Made by a program: the position numbers and the translations under genes. Below, piece after piece: positions 26,206 through 39,919 of a stretch of DNA of 64,000 bases; position 1 is the first letter of the stretch, and the number at the start of each line of letters is the position of its first letter. The notes below the pieces were generated by a model. It searched no databases. It saw only the letters and a list, made by a program, of their open reading frames with translations, and was not told where the DNA came from. Source of the DNA: Felis catus (taxonomy: Eukaryota); NCBI RefSeq assembly GCF_018350175.1, contig NC_058373.1:117430001-117494000 (forward strand). The letters run 5' to 3'.

Positions 26206-27076
26206 GATTCAAAAGTCAGTTGAACTGAAAACAGACTAACAGGTATTTCAATCATTGTTGTAGCTAACACAAGGCATCTCCAGCCTCCCCTCCTGCCACT
26301 GAAATCACAGTCCTTTGAACAGGATAGCAAAAAAGGGAGGGGAGGTCCCCTTTTGAAGACCTCTGAAAATACTATTCCTTAGTGTTTCCGTGTGAAGCTT
26401 GTTGGGAGCCCACACTTGGTTCTGCTGTCACAACCTTAACTTTGAGTCTCGAGGCCTGAGTCTTTCTGAAACGTATTAGTCCCTTATGGAAGGGAACAGA
26501 CTGTCTTTTACCCACTTTTGTAACCGTAGAAACTAAAACTACCTGGCACTTTGTAGGTGCTCAATAAATATCCACTAAACCAGTAAGGGAAGCTGAGTAC
26601 ATTTAAGTAGAGAATAGCAGTGTGCTATGTTTTTAAAAATAAAAATGAGACCTAGCCTGATCTTATGGAACACATATGGGACAGAGCATGCTCAGTGAAG
26701 GATACACATTTTGGATTAAGAAATATGATTATCATTTGCCAGCTCTGATTCCTGCCTCTGGGCTGATAAGATGTGTCCAAAGAGTCATTTTCACTCATTC
26801 CCGGACACCAGAACAGAAGGCGTCTTTAATGAAATGCGGGAGCCGAAGTGACAGGCTTTAGAAGCTAGAAACAAGCAATTGATGGCAAAGTCAAGATGAA
26901 ATGCTTCAGTAGAAAAGACCTCATGCCTGAGGCATACTTTCTGTGTTAAAGTTGTTGTGGATTTTGTTTGTTTGTTTGTTTGTTTTTTGTTTTTGTTTTT
27001 TAAATGGCAACATAGTTTGCCTATTCTCGAAGATTTTTAATTTTCCACCGAGGAAAAATTGGAGGAGCTAAATAAA

Positions 27077-27226
27077 ATTTTTTTTTTCAACGTTTATTTA
27101 TTTTTGGGACAGAGAGAGACAGAGCATGAACGGGGGAGGGGCAGAGAGAGAGGGAGACACAGAATCGGAAGCAGGCTCCAGGCTCCGAGCCACCAGCCCA
27201 GAGCCTGACGCGGGGCTCGAACTCCC
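27077..27226 (-). mobile_element. Young Can-SINE lacking its 5' head
   Basis: Near-consensus 3' two-thirds that stops at ggggctcgaactcccc; no TSD found. Confidence 0.92.
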
Positions 27227-28621
27227 CAGTCCCGCTCAGCACCCTACTTTGCACCTCAGCACAGAGAAGCATTCTGCATGGGGCGGCCTGGCAGATGGGC
27301 CGCGTGGAGAATGGGAAGCCAGAGGCCTGATTGCCTGTCCTGTCCTTTTCTTGCAGACACTCCTTTGCATTGGTCAAGTCAGAGAAGTCTCTTGTGTTCT
27401 GGGACTAGAAGTCTCAGTTTAGCAACCAGGCCTATCACTGTAGATGAGGGCAGTAAAGTCCAGAGAGGTTAAATCACTTGTCCAGGGCCAACACAGCAAA
27501 TCAGTGAGGCTAAGGCTAGCACTTGTCACGGGCCTCAGACCAGTGTTCTTCCCACTGTCCTGGGGCCTCCGTTTGTGAAGAGATGATTTTGCTTCTCCTC
27601 ACTCCTCTCTTACACCCCACAGCGATCTCCGTGAATTATAACATTCCTGTCCCATAACATTCCTCAGTTCAGAGGAAACCCTCCCTGTGGTGTAATGGTT
27701 TCCATTTTCTCTGCTCTTTGGAAGAGTGTTCTACCTGCATGCCAGTGCTGAGTTTTGAGCGCCTTTGCAGAAGGGCGTCCTGGTCATTGTGACTCATCCA
27801 TGCAGAACCGGCTGAGCCTGCCAAGTAGGTTTTTTGCATCACTTGCTGTCAAATATGAGCCAACCTCTTATTGATTGCCACAGGGGAACATTCTCCCTAA
27901 TGACACAGAGCTTCATGTTAAAGGATGTCAGCGAATTGATGTTGCCCTTCTCCAGGAGCGAATAAAAAGTGTCAAAAGTTAGATGGGACTGAATAGTCAA
28001 GGAAATATAAGTATATACCTTCCCATCTCCCCATTCCCAGCCCAGGAGCTGTGATCTACCAGTAGAGGATAAATCGTGCCAAGACTCCGGGACAAAGAGA
28101 GAAAACACCGAGCAGCAAAGCATCAGCAGTCATTGGACGGAAATAAATCCTGAGATGGTTGATAATCTGATTATCTGGATCGATTTCTCTGTTTCCTTCT
28201 CCACCCCCTTAGGGCTGGGCTGAACTTCCCCTTCAATGCAAACAGTATTAAGTGCCTTGTAACTCAGGAGCCCTGTCAGCAGACACTGAAAATAAGATGA
28301 ATCTTGGATTTGATCGAGCTTGGGCATTAGGGTCAGGAAGACTTGGACAAAGATTTGGGCTTTGCCACTTACTAGCTGTCCTTGGGAAAATCACTTAACC
28401 TCTCTAAGCCTCAATCTCAACATATTTACTGAGTAACTTGCAGGACCGAGAAATACATTAGTCAATCTATTCAAAATAATACCGAGGACAGTGTTGATCA
28501 TATGTAGGTGTTCTTCAGGTGTTCTGAAAATGTGTGCCATTATAATTTATATAAGCTCCTGGAGCCCACTTTTGATTTTTTGGTAGGTCTGTACTCTTAG
28601 CATTTTACCAGAAACCATGAC

Positions 28622-28622
28622 C

Positions 28623-28684
<62 letters not shown>

Positions 28685-28725
28685 CATATATATATACACA
28701 TATATATATGTATATGTATATATAT
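28622..28725. repeat. Poly-A plus (TA)n microsatellite
   Basis: Direct reading. Confidence 0.95.
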
Positions 28726-28887
28726 TCAAAAGCAGTATTATTAGCTGATGTTGCAATGGACCGTGCTCTGGAACCAACCTCAGCTATCACAGATTTTCCT
28801 GACACAACACAATGGGCTACAGAGGAGTATAAGGCCTTAAGAATTTTTAAGAAAATGGTAGGTGGTGTAATTGGAATTTCTAGATTC

Positions 28888-29118
28888 TTTTTTTTTTTTT
28901 AATTTTTTTTCAACATTTTTTTTATTTATTTTTGGGACAGAGAGAGACAGAGCATGAATGGGAGAGGGGCAGAGAGAGAGGGAGACACAGAATCGGAAAC
29001 AGGCTCCAGGCTCCGAGCCATCAGCCCAGAGCCTGACGCGGGGCTCGAACTCACGGACCACGAGATCGTGACCTGGCTGAAGTCGGACGCTCAACCGACT
29101 GCGCCACCCAGGCGCCCC
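28888..29118 (-). mobile_element. Young Can-SINE
   Basis: TSD tggaatttctagattctt. Confidence 0.97.
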
Positions 29119-29249
29119 ATGGAATTTCTAGATTCTTAAAAAGCATTGGATTTTAGGATACCCGACCTCCAGGACTCATTGATTCTTATTATTAAGTATT
29201 TGTGTGGCTTCAGCAATTTTTGATAGGTGGATTTATTTTAGAGCCCTGT

Positions 29250-29655
29250 TGTATCAGTAAGCTAGAGCCACAATTTTTCTGCATAGCAAACCACCCAAAC
29301 TCAGGGACATACAACAATAAGCTCATGGGTGTGCAGATCAACTGAGGTTTGACCTGTCCAGCTATGTGTTGGGTCCCTTCTGCTCCAGATGTGTCTCACC
29401 CTCCTTGGAACAACAGCTATCTGATATAGGAGGGCAAGAGAAGAGGCTGAGCATGACCATGCAGGTGCATTGAAAGCCTCTGCTCACATCATGTTCAATA
29501 TCCTCCCATTTGCCAGGCGAGTCACATGGCCCAAGCCTAAAAGTCAAGGGGCAGACTCCCTGCTCATCATGATGAGGCCAGGGCAAGGACTTGGGTATAT
29601 ATTCATACTATGGAGGATTCAAGAATGGGGGACCAATGAACATTCTTTCACCCAT
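29250..29655 (-). mobile_element. Old MLT1 LTR
   Basis: tgtatcag..caaaccacccaaactcag..gagtcacatggcccaagcctaaaagtcaagggg. Confidence 0.72.
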
Positions 29656-29793
29656 CTGGTGTTGTAAACTTTGCTGCAATGTAATTCCCTTTCTCGTCAC
29701 TTAAGGGGGTTATCCTTTTGACCTAGCTGTAACCTCTGATAAAGAATATACCTCTTGGCACATAGTGAGCCCACATGAAAAGAGAAGTCTTCT

Positions 29794-30025
29794 TTATTTA
29801 TTTATTTTTTTAATTTTTTTTTCAACGTTTATTTATTTTTGGGACAGAGAGAGACAGAGCATGAACGGGGGAGGGGCAGAGAGAGAGGGAGACACAGAAT
29901 CGGAAACAGGCTCCAGGCTCTGAGCCATCAGCCCAGAGCCTGACGCGGGGCTCGAACTCCCGGACCGCGAGATCATGACCTGGCTGAAGTCGGACACTTA
30001 ACCGACTGCGCCACCCGGGTGCCCC
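29794..30025 (-). mobile_element. Young Can-SINE
   Basis: TSD agaagtcttcttta. Confidence 0.97.
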
Positions 30026-30751
30026 AAGAAGTCTTCTTTAATAAATACATCCTTTTAAGATTCAGTGGTGTGGTGCAATGACTAACGAATCGTGGAGGCT
30101 TCCTCTGCATAGCCAGTCTTTAAATCCAGCCCACATCAGCAGAGACTGGAAATTGTTATCATCTAATGACAAGTCAGGTATCTAACTGAATTGAAATATT
30201 GGCTTCCCTCCAATTCCCAATGATTTTGAGTCCATTTTATTAAAAGCATCAGTGTAACTGATACTTCTGGCTTCAGATAGCACACTAGATCAAAAGCATA
30301 GATTACCTTGAAACATGACCATTTTTCCTAGGAATAACTCTCCTTGGCTATCAGTAAGGAATATTCAGACTACTCTGAATCATTGGGTTGAGTTTAGGGG
30401 CAGCAAGGCAGGGCACTAGCTGAAACTATTACCAGGAATGTGGATGAAAATTTTTCTTTTCCTGTCATTTAATAGGTCTTCAGAGACTTACCTTTATTTT
30501 TAGCATGATATATTCATCCACTCCCTAAAGGGCCAGGAACTTAAGATTCTTTCTCATCATCAGTACTTCTCAGGAAAACCCAGAAATATCCAAAGGAAAA
30601 TGGTCTCCCTGCTCGGCTGCTTTTATGGGAATCTTATTGGGTGGCAGAGCAGTCCAGGGGTAAGAAGCCTGAGATCTAAGGTCTGTGGCTACGTTTAAAC
30701 TCAGATCCACAAATGGGCAGCTGTGTGACCTTGGCAAGGTTGCTTAACTTC

Positions 30752-31148
30752 TGTGGCGGTCACTGACACTGTTCATAGATGGTCAGTTCCCCTCCCCTCT
30801 TGGCACCAAGAAGACTGGAACCCTGGCTTCTTTGTGGGTGGGTGGTGCTGTGTAACTAGTTCTGGTCAAAGAATTCTGAGCAAAGGTGTCATATGTAACT
30901 TCTTGGCTATAGCATTTAATAACCAATACCAGATTCTCCAGAATTCTCTCTCGTCCCTTTAGCACAATGACGAGCAACATTCAAGATGGTAGCCATTCCA
31001 TCAGCCTAGTAACTACAATAGGCAGAGTCCCCTGGTGACCTGTGATAGACTTGAGCCATGAGAGAGAGAAACACGGCTGTACTGAGCCATTGGGATGTTG
31101 ACGGTTATTTGTTACAATAACTTAATCTGATCTACCCTGGTTGATACA
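30752..31148 (+). mobile_element. Old MLT1 LTR
   Basis: tgtgtaactagttctggtcaa..gagccattgggatgttg..ttatttgttac..gataca. Confidence 0.72.
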
Positions 31149-31802
31149 CCTCACTAGATCTTTTTATCTGGAAAATGAGGATAGCAGTGGAATCTAGATT
31201 ATTAAGTAATCATAAACATTAAATAGGGTAATATTGTATTATACTTAGAATAACACCTAGCACATAATAAATTCTTAATATATTTTAGCTATTATATATT
31301 ATTATTAAGTTATTCTGTATCCTAACCTCATTATTTATTTTTAACAAGTTATTTATGTCTATCAAACAAGTTGCCATATGACTTTGAGGAAGTCAACCTC
31401 AACCTGCAATTGCCAGTATGTTAGACTAGACGGGCTATAGTTTTAAATCCCTAGACTTAAAATTTTATGCATCTTTGATAGAAGCACTCTGAGAATCCAT
31501 TTCACAGATATTCTTTTGCTTAGGGAAATAAGATGTGTAATAAAACTAAACCTCCTCTTCTCCCCTATTCCAGTCGCTCCCTACCCCCACCTCCTCAAAC
31601 AATAAATCTATGTCCTTGTCACAGATTGTTCTGTATCCTATTCTGAAGCTTTCTGCCCAGGAAATTACATCTGACTTGTAAATTCTTAGCTACAAATTGG
31701 TTTCCCAATTTAGGCACCTAAATCCTTAATAGTCCGTCTCCTCTCTCTGTTCTGTTTTCAATATATGTACATAGCAACTTATTTTATTAATAAAATCTAA
31801 CT

Positions 31803-32010
31803 GGGGCGCCTGGGTGGCGCAGTTGGTTAAGCGTCTGACTTCAGCCAGGTCACGATCTCGCGGTCCGGGAGTTCGAGCCCCGCGTCAGGCTCTGGGCTGA
31901 TGGCTCAGAGCCTGGAGCCTGTTTCCGATTCTGTGTCTCCCTCTCTCTCTGCCCCTCCCCCGTTCATGCTCTCTCTGTCCCAAAAATAAATAAACGTTGA
32001 AAAAAAAAAA
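31803..32010 (+). mobile_element. Young Can-SINE
   Basis: TSD aaaatctaactg. Confidence 0.97.
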
Positions 32011-33589
32011 ATCTAACTGACTTCAAGCCGCAGCCCACCGTGGTCTTTCTTTTGACAATGTGACTTATTTGGTCCAGAAGGAAAGGATTCTGTCTTTTGT
32101 TCCACTTTAGTCCTGGCTTAAGGTGACCACCCTCACACCACCACAAACAACCACTGAAACCTGTCCTCCGACTTCTCTGAGTCAGAACTTTCTATGTCTT
32201 TATCTTTTCTCCTGTGTGACTCTGGCTGGCTCCTGCACTGGTCCCAAAGACCAGATGGTTCATATTGTCCAGGCTATGTATAAACCCAATTTGGGAAAGA
32301 GGAGGAATCATTGCAGGCATATTGAATTACATGGTGGATCTCATTAGGAATCCTAATATTTCTCCCTCCTTACCTTCTTGATCTCAGAGTCTGTTCTTAT
32401 AGACCACGTTTTATGTTCTTGTATATAACCTCATGGCCTCATCCCATCCCCAGTGCTTGGTTTATTGCAGATCCTGCTACTATGTTTATTGACTGCCTAG
32501 GTGGAGGCTGTTTTTTTATGTCTATTGTTGGCATTCATGTCCATACGTGTTCGTTATGGCTGTTAATAAAGGTATCATTTATCATTACTTTATGGAGGAA
32601 AATGACACTTCCTTATTCTCTTTCAGATTGAAGACATCATCACAAAGATGCAAGATGACAAGACAGGGGGTGTGCCCATCAGAACAGTCAAGAGCTTTCT
32701 TTCCAAAATTCCCAGTGTCGTTACAGGTAAACTTTCTCCTTACAAGGTGTTGGTGACAATAGGAAAAGGCCACTGAAGAGTTGTGTAGTGCTGATTGTGA
32801 TATGGGGTGTGTCTAAAGATTTGTGAATAGCAAAGATGATACATTCCATGTGCTTCTCAGACAAAGTCGAGTTGTGGTCATGGTTTCCAGAAGAAGCTGC
32901 TCTTTGCCAATGATTAAGGATGGTTTTGCCATGACCACCCTTCCGTGTATAGGTTGAGGCTTCTGGAAAGAAGCTCATTACTGACCTGAATAGCCCATCA
33001 GCAATTTAGCCTACGAGATGTACACAAGCACAGGCGTATTAAAGAGATGATTTTAGATTTAAACAAGCTTTAAGAAAGTCTTATGTTCAAATTCTACAAA
33101 ATGCTTTTAAGTTTTTCAACTGACTGTACTTGAACTTTTGGAAGAAGTGGTTTTAGAATATTTTTTCTGCACTACTTTGGGGATTTGGTGTGTTTTGTCT
33201 GCTTGGACATTTCTTCAAAAATTAATTATGAAGTATATCAAACACATGGGTATAGTTTCAAGTATAATACTAAAATAGGCCACATGTGTCTACCAGCCTG
33301 CTTCCTAAGTAACACATCACCAGTATCTTAGGCCCCTTATGGGCCTAATGGATGACATCTGCCTCCCTTCCCACAGTAGGTAACCTCTATCTACTCTTAT
33401 CCTGATCAGTTTGTTGCCTTTCTTCATAATTTCACCACATAGGCTTGTATCGTATCTAAACAAACAACCAAATAAATTAAGATAAAATTTTAGAGAGTTC
33501 TCTCATCATCAAAATCTAGTTATTCGCTTTCCAAATTTGGGGAGCCAGAAGGCTTCAGTTTCTACTACGTACTTATAAAATAATTAAGA

Positions 33590-34265
33590 TAAAAAATCCT
33601 GACAACACCAAGGGCTGGTGAGGCTATGGAGCAACTGGAACGCTCACACATTGCTGGTGGGAAGGTAAAAACTCTGGACATTTCTTATAATACTAAACAA
33701 ATGCTTACCTTATGACCCAGCAATCCCACTCCTTGGTATTTACACAAGAGAAACAAAAACGTGCACTCAGACGAAAACTCATTAAGTATTTATAATAACT
33801 TTATTTGTGATCTCCAAAGCCCAGACACAACCCAAATGTCCTTCGGTGGGTGAAGAAAGAAACAAACTGTGGCACACCCACATTCATCAATAGAAAGGAG
33901 TGAACTGCTGATACACGCACCAACTTAGATAAACCTCAAAGTTATTTTTCTGAGGGGAAGAAGCCAGTCTCAAAAGATTACATCCTGTAGGATTCCATTT
34001 ACATGACATTCTAAAAAATTCCAAAACTACAGTGACAGAGAACAGATAGATCAGTGGTTGACAAGGATTGAGAACTGGGGAAGCGTATGATTATAAAGGG
34101 GTCACACAAAGGAATTTTATAAGGTTACAGTGGAACTATCCTGTATCCTGATTGTGGTGGTGGTGGTGACATTAATCTATACATAGGTCAAAATTCATAG
34201 AACAGCACACACACAGCATACACACACACACAGAGTCAATATGTGTATGTTACCTTAAAAAATAA
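33590..34265 (+). mobile_element. L1M (MB/MC/MD-like) 3' end, nested in a minus-strand old L1 (~33215-34720)
   Basis: gacaacaccaagggctggtgaggctatggagcaactggaac..tatgacccagcaatcccactcc..3' UTR. Confidence 0.82.
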
Positions 34266-34726
34266 ATATACTCAACTGAGGCACGCATAAGTATCCTAAC
34301 TCATTATTCAGACTGTCACTGTTTAAACTCAGGTGCCAAATAGATCTGGATAACGAAGGTTGATTGTATTGTTAGTATGCTCTAATTTTGAAATTTTTCT
34401 AAATGGAATTATAATATTGGCTATGATATATTATTTTTTCATACACTTCTGGATTTTGTTTGATAAAATGTTGTTTAGGATTTTTAATCAATTTTCACGG
34501 GACGATGTGTTTATTGCTTTTCTCACTTACCCTTCTTGCTGCTTTGGCTATCAAATTTATGTTAGATTCCTAAGATGAATCATGGAGTATATTTCTTTTG
34601 TTGATATCGTAGTGTTCTCTGAAAAATGTTTTTCTCTTTAATCCAGATTTTAGGTGTTCACTTTCAATTATTTTATTTTTTTATTTCCTGAATTTCCATC
34701 TGGTTCTTTCTCCAAAATACTTGGTC

Positions 34727-37026
34727 ATTCATTCCACACATATTTCTTGGGTGTTTGCTATTCTAAATATTGCTGGCCAGTGGGAATTCAGAAATAAATG
34801 AAACAGCTAAAAATTTCTGTTCTCATGGAATTTTAGATTCTAGTGGAGGAGACAACAAAATAAATAAGAAAAACCCGTAGAATTTTAGGTAATGATAAAG
34901 GTCAAAGAGAAAAATAAAGTATGAAAGGTGGATGATGGAGTCACAACTCTGAAACAGGTGGCCAAAGAAGAATTCCCTGAGAAGGTAACATTTGGGTAAA
35001 GATGGAGGGGAGATGAAGGATTGAGTCATGCGGATATTGAGGGAAAGAGCATTCCAGAAAGCAAGTGCTAAGTCTCTAAGGCGAGTGTGTTCTTGCATAC
35101 AGAGGAACTAAGAAAAGGGACCCAGAGTAGAGTGAAAAAATGAAAGGGCAATAGGGATGAAGTCAAAGTGGTAATGGTGACCATGATCATGCAACCTCTT
35201 GGTCACTATAAGGCCACTGGAGAACTTTAAACATGAGCTGTCATGTTCTGACACAAGATCATTATATTGCATTCTGCATACCCTGGGGAGTCAGGAGACT
35301 GGCAAAAGTGGTAGTCAGACTAGGCTATCAGCATGGGAGATGTGTGAAGTGATCAGATTCCAATTCAAGTTTGAGGGCAGAATAAACAGTATTTGGGGAA
35401 AGATTGGATGTAGGATATGAGAGAAAGAAAGGAATCAATGATGACTCTGCGCTTTTGGTTTCAAGCAACTGGAAAAATGGAGTTGGCATTAATTTCGACG
35501 AGGAAGACTGTGAGTGGGGAAGGGGGTTTGTTTCTTTGTTTAGCTGAAGTGTAAGAAATTAAAAGGTCCATTTTAGACATGCTAAGTTTTAGGGACCTAC
35601 TAGACATTCAACTGGAGATGACAAGTAGGCCCTTGGGTGTGTGGATCTAGAATTTAACGGAGAGCCTGAACTGGGCACATAAGTCATTAGAATATAAGTG
35701 ATATTTAAAGCCATGGGATTAATGACCTCACACCAAGGGATTGAATGTAAACAGAAAACAGTCCAAGTCCTACAACTTGGGATATTCTAACATATGAGGG
35801 TTATGGAGAGACAAAGAAATCAGCAAAAGAAAGCTGTCTCCAGCAGCTGGAGACAAAGAGGAACATCAGGAGGACATGGTCTCTTGGAAGCCAGATTTTC
35901 TAGAAAGTGCTTCAGGAAAGAATATGCCAAAAGCTGCTGATAGTCATGTAAGATAAGGACTGAGAATCAACCAATGAATTTAGCGACAATTGAATTCAAC
36001 TGCTGACCTTGATAAGTGCATATTCCATGAAGCATTTGGCAGGGGAGAATGGCAAAAAGCCTTATTGGAGTGGGTTCAAGTCAGAATGGGAGGAGAAATA
36101 TTTGAGGTAGTGAGTATAATTAATCTTTGAAGGAGTTCTCCTTAAAAGGAAGAAATGCAGGAGGATCTAGACGGGTGAATGAAGTCAGGACACGTAGGTT
36201 TTTAAATAATATGAAAGTGACAGTATGCTTGTATGATTAATGGCAATGACTCAATAGGGGGAGAAAAATGGTGCAGGAGATGGAGGAAAATTTCAAGAAG
36301 TGATATCATTGAGCAGGTAAGAGATTGAATGTAATGCAAGGCAATTGGGGAGCTCTAGCTAAAAACATGTACAATTCATTCATAGGAAGACAAATGGAGG
36401 TGCAGTAGATGCACAGAGGTACAAATAAGCATGATGGCGAGAGGGGGGAGCTTGTAGTAGTTTTCTTTTCACTGCTTCTATTTTCTTAGTAACATGAAAA
36501 GGAAAGAAGGTAGAGATATTAGGTTTGAGAAGAGATCAGAAGCCATGCAATAGTCGTCTAGGGGTCTAAAGAGATTGACTGGACTAAGGAAATAGAGTTT
36601 TGACTGTGAGGTAGCATTAAGGACCCTCTTGAGATTATTAATATTTATGAACTTAAAGAGAGGCAATTTCTCCAGCCACATTTAGCTCTCTGGGTTTGGA
36701 CGTGTATCAGGTAGAAAGGTGGACTTAATTAAGGCTCTCGCAAGTATGAAGAGTATGATAAATCAAGGGAAAGGCAAGAGAGTAACTGAAATGATTGACC
36801 ATTAAATTTTAACTGAGCAAGGATGGAAGTGAAACATGAGATGGGTGAGGAATAGTGGAGAGTAGTCATGACCATAAACTGTAGGTCTAGTGGAAAGGAG
36901 TTTTGGAGTTGGAGGCCAAAGTAAGAGAGCTGGAAATGTAGGGGATGGTGTTTGGATAGCAGAATTTTTTTAAAGGGCATTCTTCTAGGTTTTTTAGATT
37001 TTTTTTTATGTTTATTATTTATTTTT

Positions 37027-37059
<33 letters not shown>

Positions 37060-37750
37060 AGGGAGTGAGTGGGGAGGGGCAGAGAGAGAGGGAAACACAG
37101 AATTTGGAGCAGGCTCCGGGCTCCGAGCTGTCAGCACAGAGCCCGACGCAGGGCTCAAACTCACAAACCGTGAGATCATGACCTGAGCCAAAGTTGGAAG
37201 CTTAACCAACTGAGCCACCCAGACATCCCTAGCAGAATGTTTGAAATTGGGATTATGGGAATAAGTGACTGAGATAGAATAGAGGACAAGATCACTAGAA
37301 GAGAGGAGGTCAAGGAACCAAGGGGCCATGATTTGGGGAAACTGGGCTATGTGGGTATTGAAATCATGACTGGGGGATAGTTAGAGGCAGTGATTGTGAG
37401 TCTGTGGTTAAAATCTTCATGGAATAAGAGACAGAGGCCTAGGCATCAGTAGATGACTTCACAACAAGAGGAATAGATGATTTAATCTGATGTCATGGGA
37501 GTCAAAGCTAAACGTTTTTTTTGGAGAAGAGGTGGGGAAAGAAGACATGGGAAGTTAGAGGGTCACTTACCTGCCTTCAAATGCCATGGTGTGTAGAGCA
37601 TGGGAGAGAAAATAGCCACCACCTCAGAGAGCCACAGGGAACCAGAGCCACTGAGGAAGAAAAAGATGAAAGGAAAATTAACTGAAAAGGATGAGGATAT
37701 GAAAAATTTTATTTAGGACTGACCATGAGCTCCAGAGGGCAAGGAAAAGC
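34727..37750 (-). mobile_element. Long L2 fragment
   Basis: Starts at the L2 3' cattcattc motif; purine-rich L2 body, e.g. gatgactctgcgcttttggtttcaagcaactgg and aagccttattggagtgggttcaag. Confidence 0.85.
36966..37229 (-). mobile_element. Can-SINE inside L2, with extra 3' sequence
   Basis: TSD tagcagaat at 36957 and 37230. Confidence 0.93.
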
Positions 37751-38019
37751 ATTTCAGGAAATGATGCATACATGACCTGGGTAATTAATGTCCATTATTG
37801 CTATGTACCAGGCACTGGAGTAGTCACAGGACGTGTAAAAATAAATGAAAACCTGATCTCTGCTTTTCGAAAGCTGTTAATCTAATGAGAGAAACAGACA
37901 CAGGTAGACCAATAATTGTATGAGCTATGTATTCTAATAGCAAAATGAACAAAGCCCAGAGGAAAGAATTGTGAGTTTTCCTTGGGTAAGTCTAGAACAT
38001 TTCTCTAAGGATGTATGTC

Positions 38020-38226
38020 ATTTTTTTCAATGTTTATTCTTGAGAGAGAGAGATTGAGCACAAGCAGGGGAGGGGCAGAGACAGAGGGAGACACAGAATC
38101 CAAAGCAGGCTCCAGGCTCTGAGCTGTCAGTGCAGAGGCCTACACGGGGCTTGAACCCACGAACCGTGAGATCATGACCTGAGCCGAAGTTGGACGCTCA
38201 ACCAACTGAGCCACCCAGGTGCCCCA
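38020..38226 (-). mobile_element. Can-SINE
   Basis: TSD ggatgtat(g/a)tca. Confidence 0.95.
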
Positions 38227-38231
38227 ATGGA

Positions 38232-38740
38232 TGTATATCAGTTTTTATTGCTACATAACCAACCATCACAAGTCATAATGATTTTTTTATTTCTCATGAT
38301 CAGGATTGTTTGAATTGGCAATCCAGGTGGTTCTCCTGCTGTTCTCACCCATGAAGCCCTAGTCATCTGATGGTTCAATTGAGACTAGAGGTCTACCATG
38401 GCCTTACTCATTTGTTTGGTAGTGGTGCTTACTCTTAGATGGCACTTCAGTTCTCTTCCATATCACCTTGTATCCCTCCCCCAGTAAGTTAGACTGGGCT
38501 TCTTCACAGCCTGATGGTCTCAGAGTTCCAAGGGAGAAAACTGCAAGGTTTCTTAAGGTATAAGCTCCAGAACTTATGCAATGTCAAGTACACACAATCT
38601 GTTCTTCAAAGCACATCACAAGACTAGCCTAGATTGAGAAGGATGGGGAAACCAACTCTACCTTCTGGTGTAGGAGTAGAATGCCACATTGACATAGGGA
38701 GACATGACTCTTTGGAGGTCATTATTATAATGATCCACCA
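38232..38740 (-). mobile_element. Old MLT1 LTR
   Basis: tatcagtttttattgctacataaccaacc..tcacaagactagcctagattgagaagg..actctacctt. Confidence 0.72.
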
Positions 38741-38889
38741 CATGAAATAATTTTAGAACTGAATCTTAAACATAAGTTGAAAACGGAGGAAGGTCATTCT
38801 GGGCAGAAAAAATAGAATTTTCATGGCCCAAATGCATGAAAACTATGCCAGGTTGCAGCAAAGATGAGCTTGCTTATGTGGTTGTAATT

Positions 38890-39101
38890 TATTTTTTTAT
38901 TATTTTTTTAATGTTTATTTATTTTTGAGAGAGAGAGACAGAGCATGAGCAGGGGAGGGGCAGAGAGAGAGAGAGGGAGACACAGAATCTGAAGCAGGCT
39001 CCAGGCTCTGAGCTGCCAGCACAGAGCCCAACGTGGGGCTCGAACTCATGAACCATGAGATCATGACCTGAGATTAACCGACTGAGCCACCTAGGCATCC
39101 C
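38890..39101 (-). mobile_element. Can-SINE with a small internal deletion
   Basis: TSD atgtggttgtaattta. Confidence 0.95.
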
Positions 39102-39393
39102 ATGTGGTTGTAATTTAAAACACACTTATGTGTGTATGTGTTTGAAGAGAAGAGCACATTGGCAGAACACCCAGAGGAATTAAACGGATGTGAGACTTAA
39201 TCTTAATAATGGATTATAAATGAACTTGACTTATAGACTTTATCCCAAAGGCAATGGTTTTAAATAAGAAGGACATCACATCCATGTGTTAGAAGCAGGA
39301 AGAAACAGGGAGTGTAAAGACTAGTTAGTGAATCTTTAGATGGAGGAGTCTAAGCAGGAAATAAGAAGGGCTGTGTTAAGAACAGCCACAGTT

Positions 39394-39615
39394 GGGGCGC
39401 CTGGGTGGCTCAGTTGGTTAAGCGTCCGACTTCAGCTCAGGTCACGATCTCACGGTCCGTGAGTTCGAGCCCCGCATCAGGCTCTGGGCTGATGGCTCAG
39501 AGCCTGGAGCCTGCTTCCGATTCTGTGTCTCCCTCTCTCTCTGCCCCTCCCCAGTTCATGCTCTGTCTCTCTCTGTCCCCCAAAAAATAAATAAACGTTA
39601 AAAAAAAAAAAAAAA
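39394..39615 (+). mobile_element. Can-SINE
   Basis: TSD aagaacagccacagt. Confidence 0.97.
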
Positions 39616-39819
39616 GAACAGCCACAGTATCAGCTGGAACCACAGCTTTAGAGCCACATCTCATTCAATCTTCATGAAAATCCTATAAGGTAGGAACTGT
39701 TATTATCTCCATTTTACAGGTGAGTAACCTGCTAATTCAAGAGCCTAAGTTACTTTTCCAAGGTTACACAGCTAGTCAGTAGCAGGACCTCTGCCTCCAG
39801 GGCCTACCTGTGAAAGAAT

Positions 39820-39907
39820 AGTAACTATAAGATTCAAGACACCTGAAGGAAAGATAGAATATAGAATTGATAGGACTTGGTGACTAGGTGCGGGGCAAAG
39901 GGGAACT
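39820..39907 (-). mobile_element. L2 fragment, left flank of the EBL; appears to resume at ~45075-45320
   Basis: tagaattgataggacttggtgactagg, then ggatgataaaggtggcac..gttgagttagaggttttgaagggacattt, follow L2 consensus order. Confidence 0.6.
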
Positions 39908-39919
39908 CATTCAAAATAG

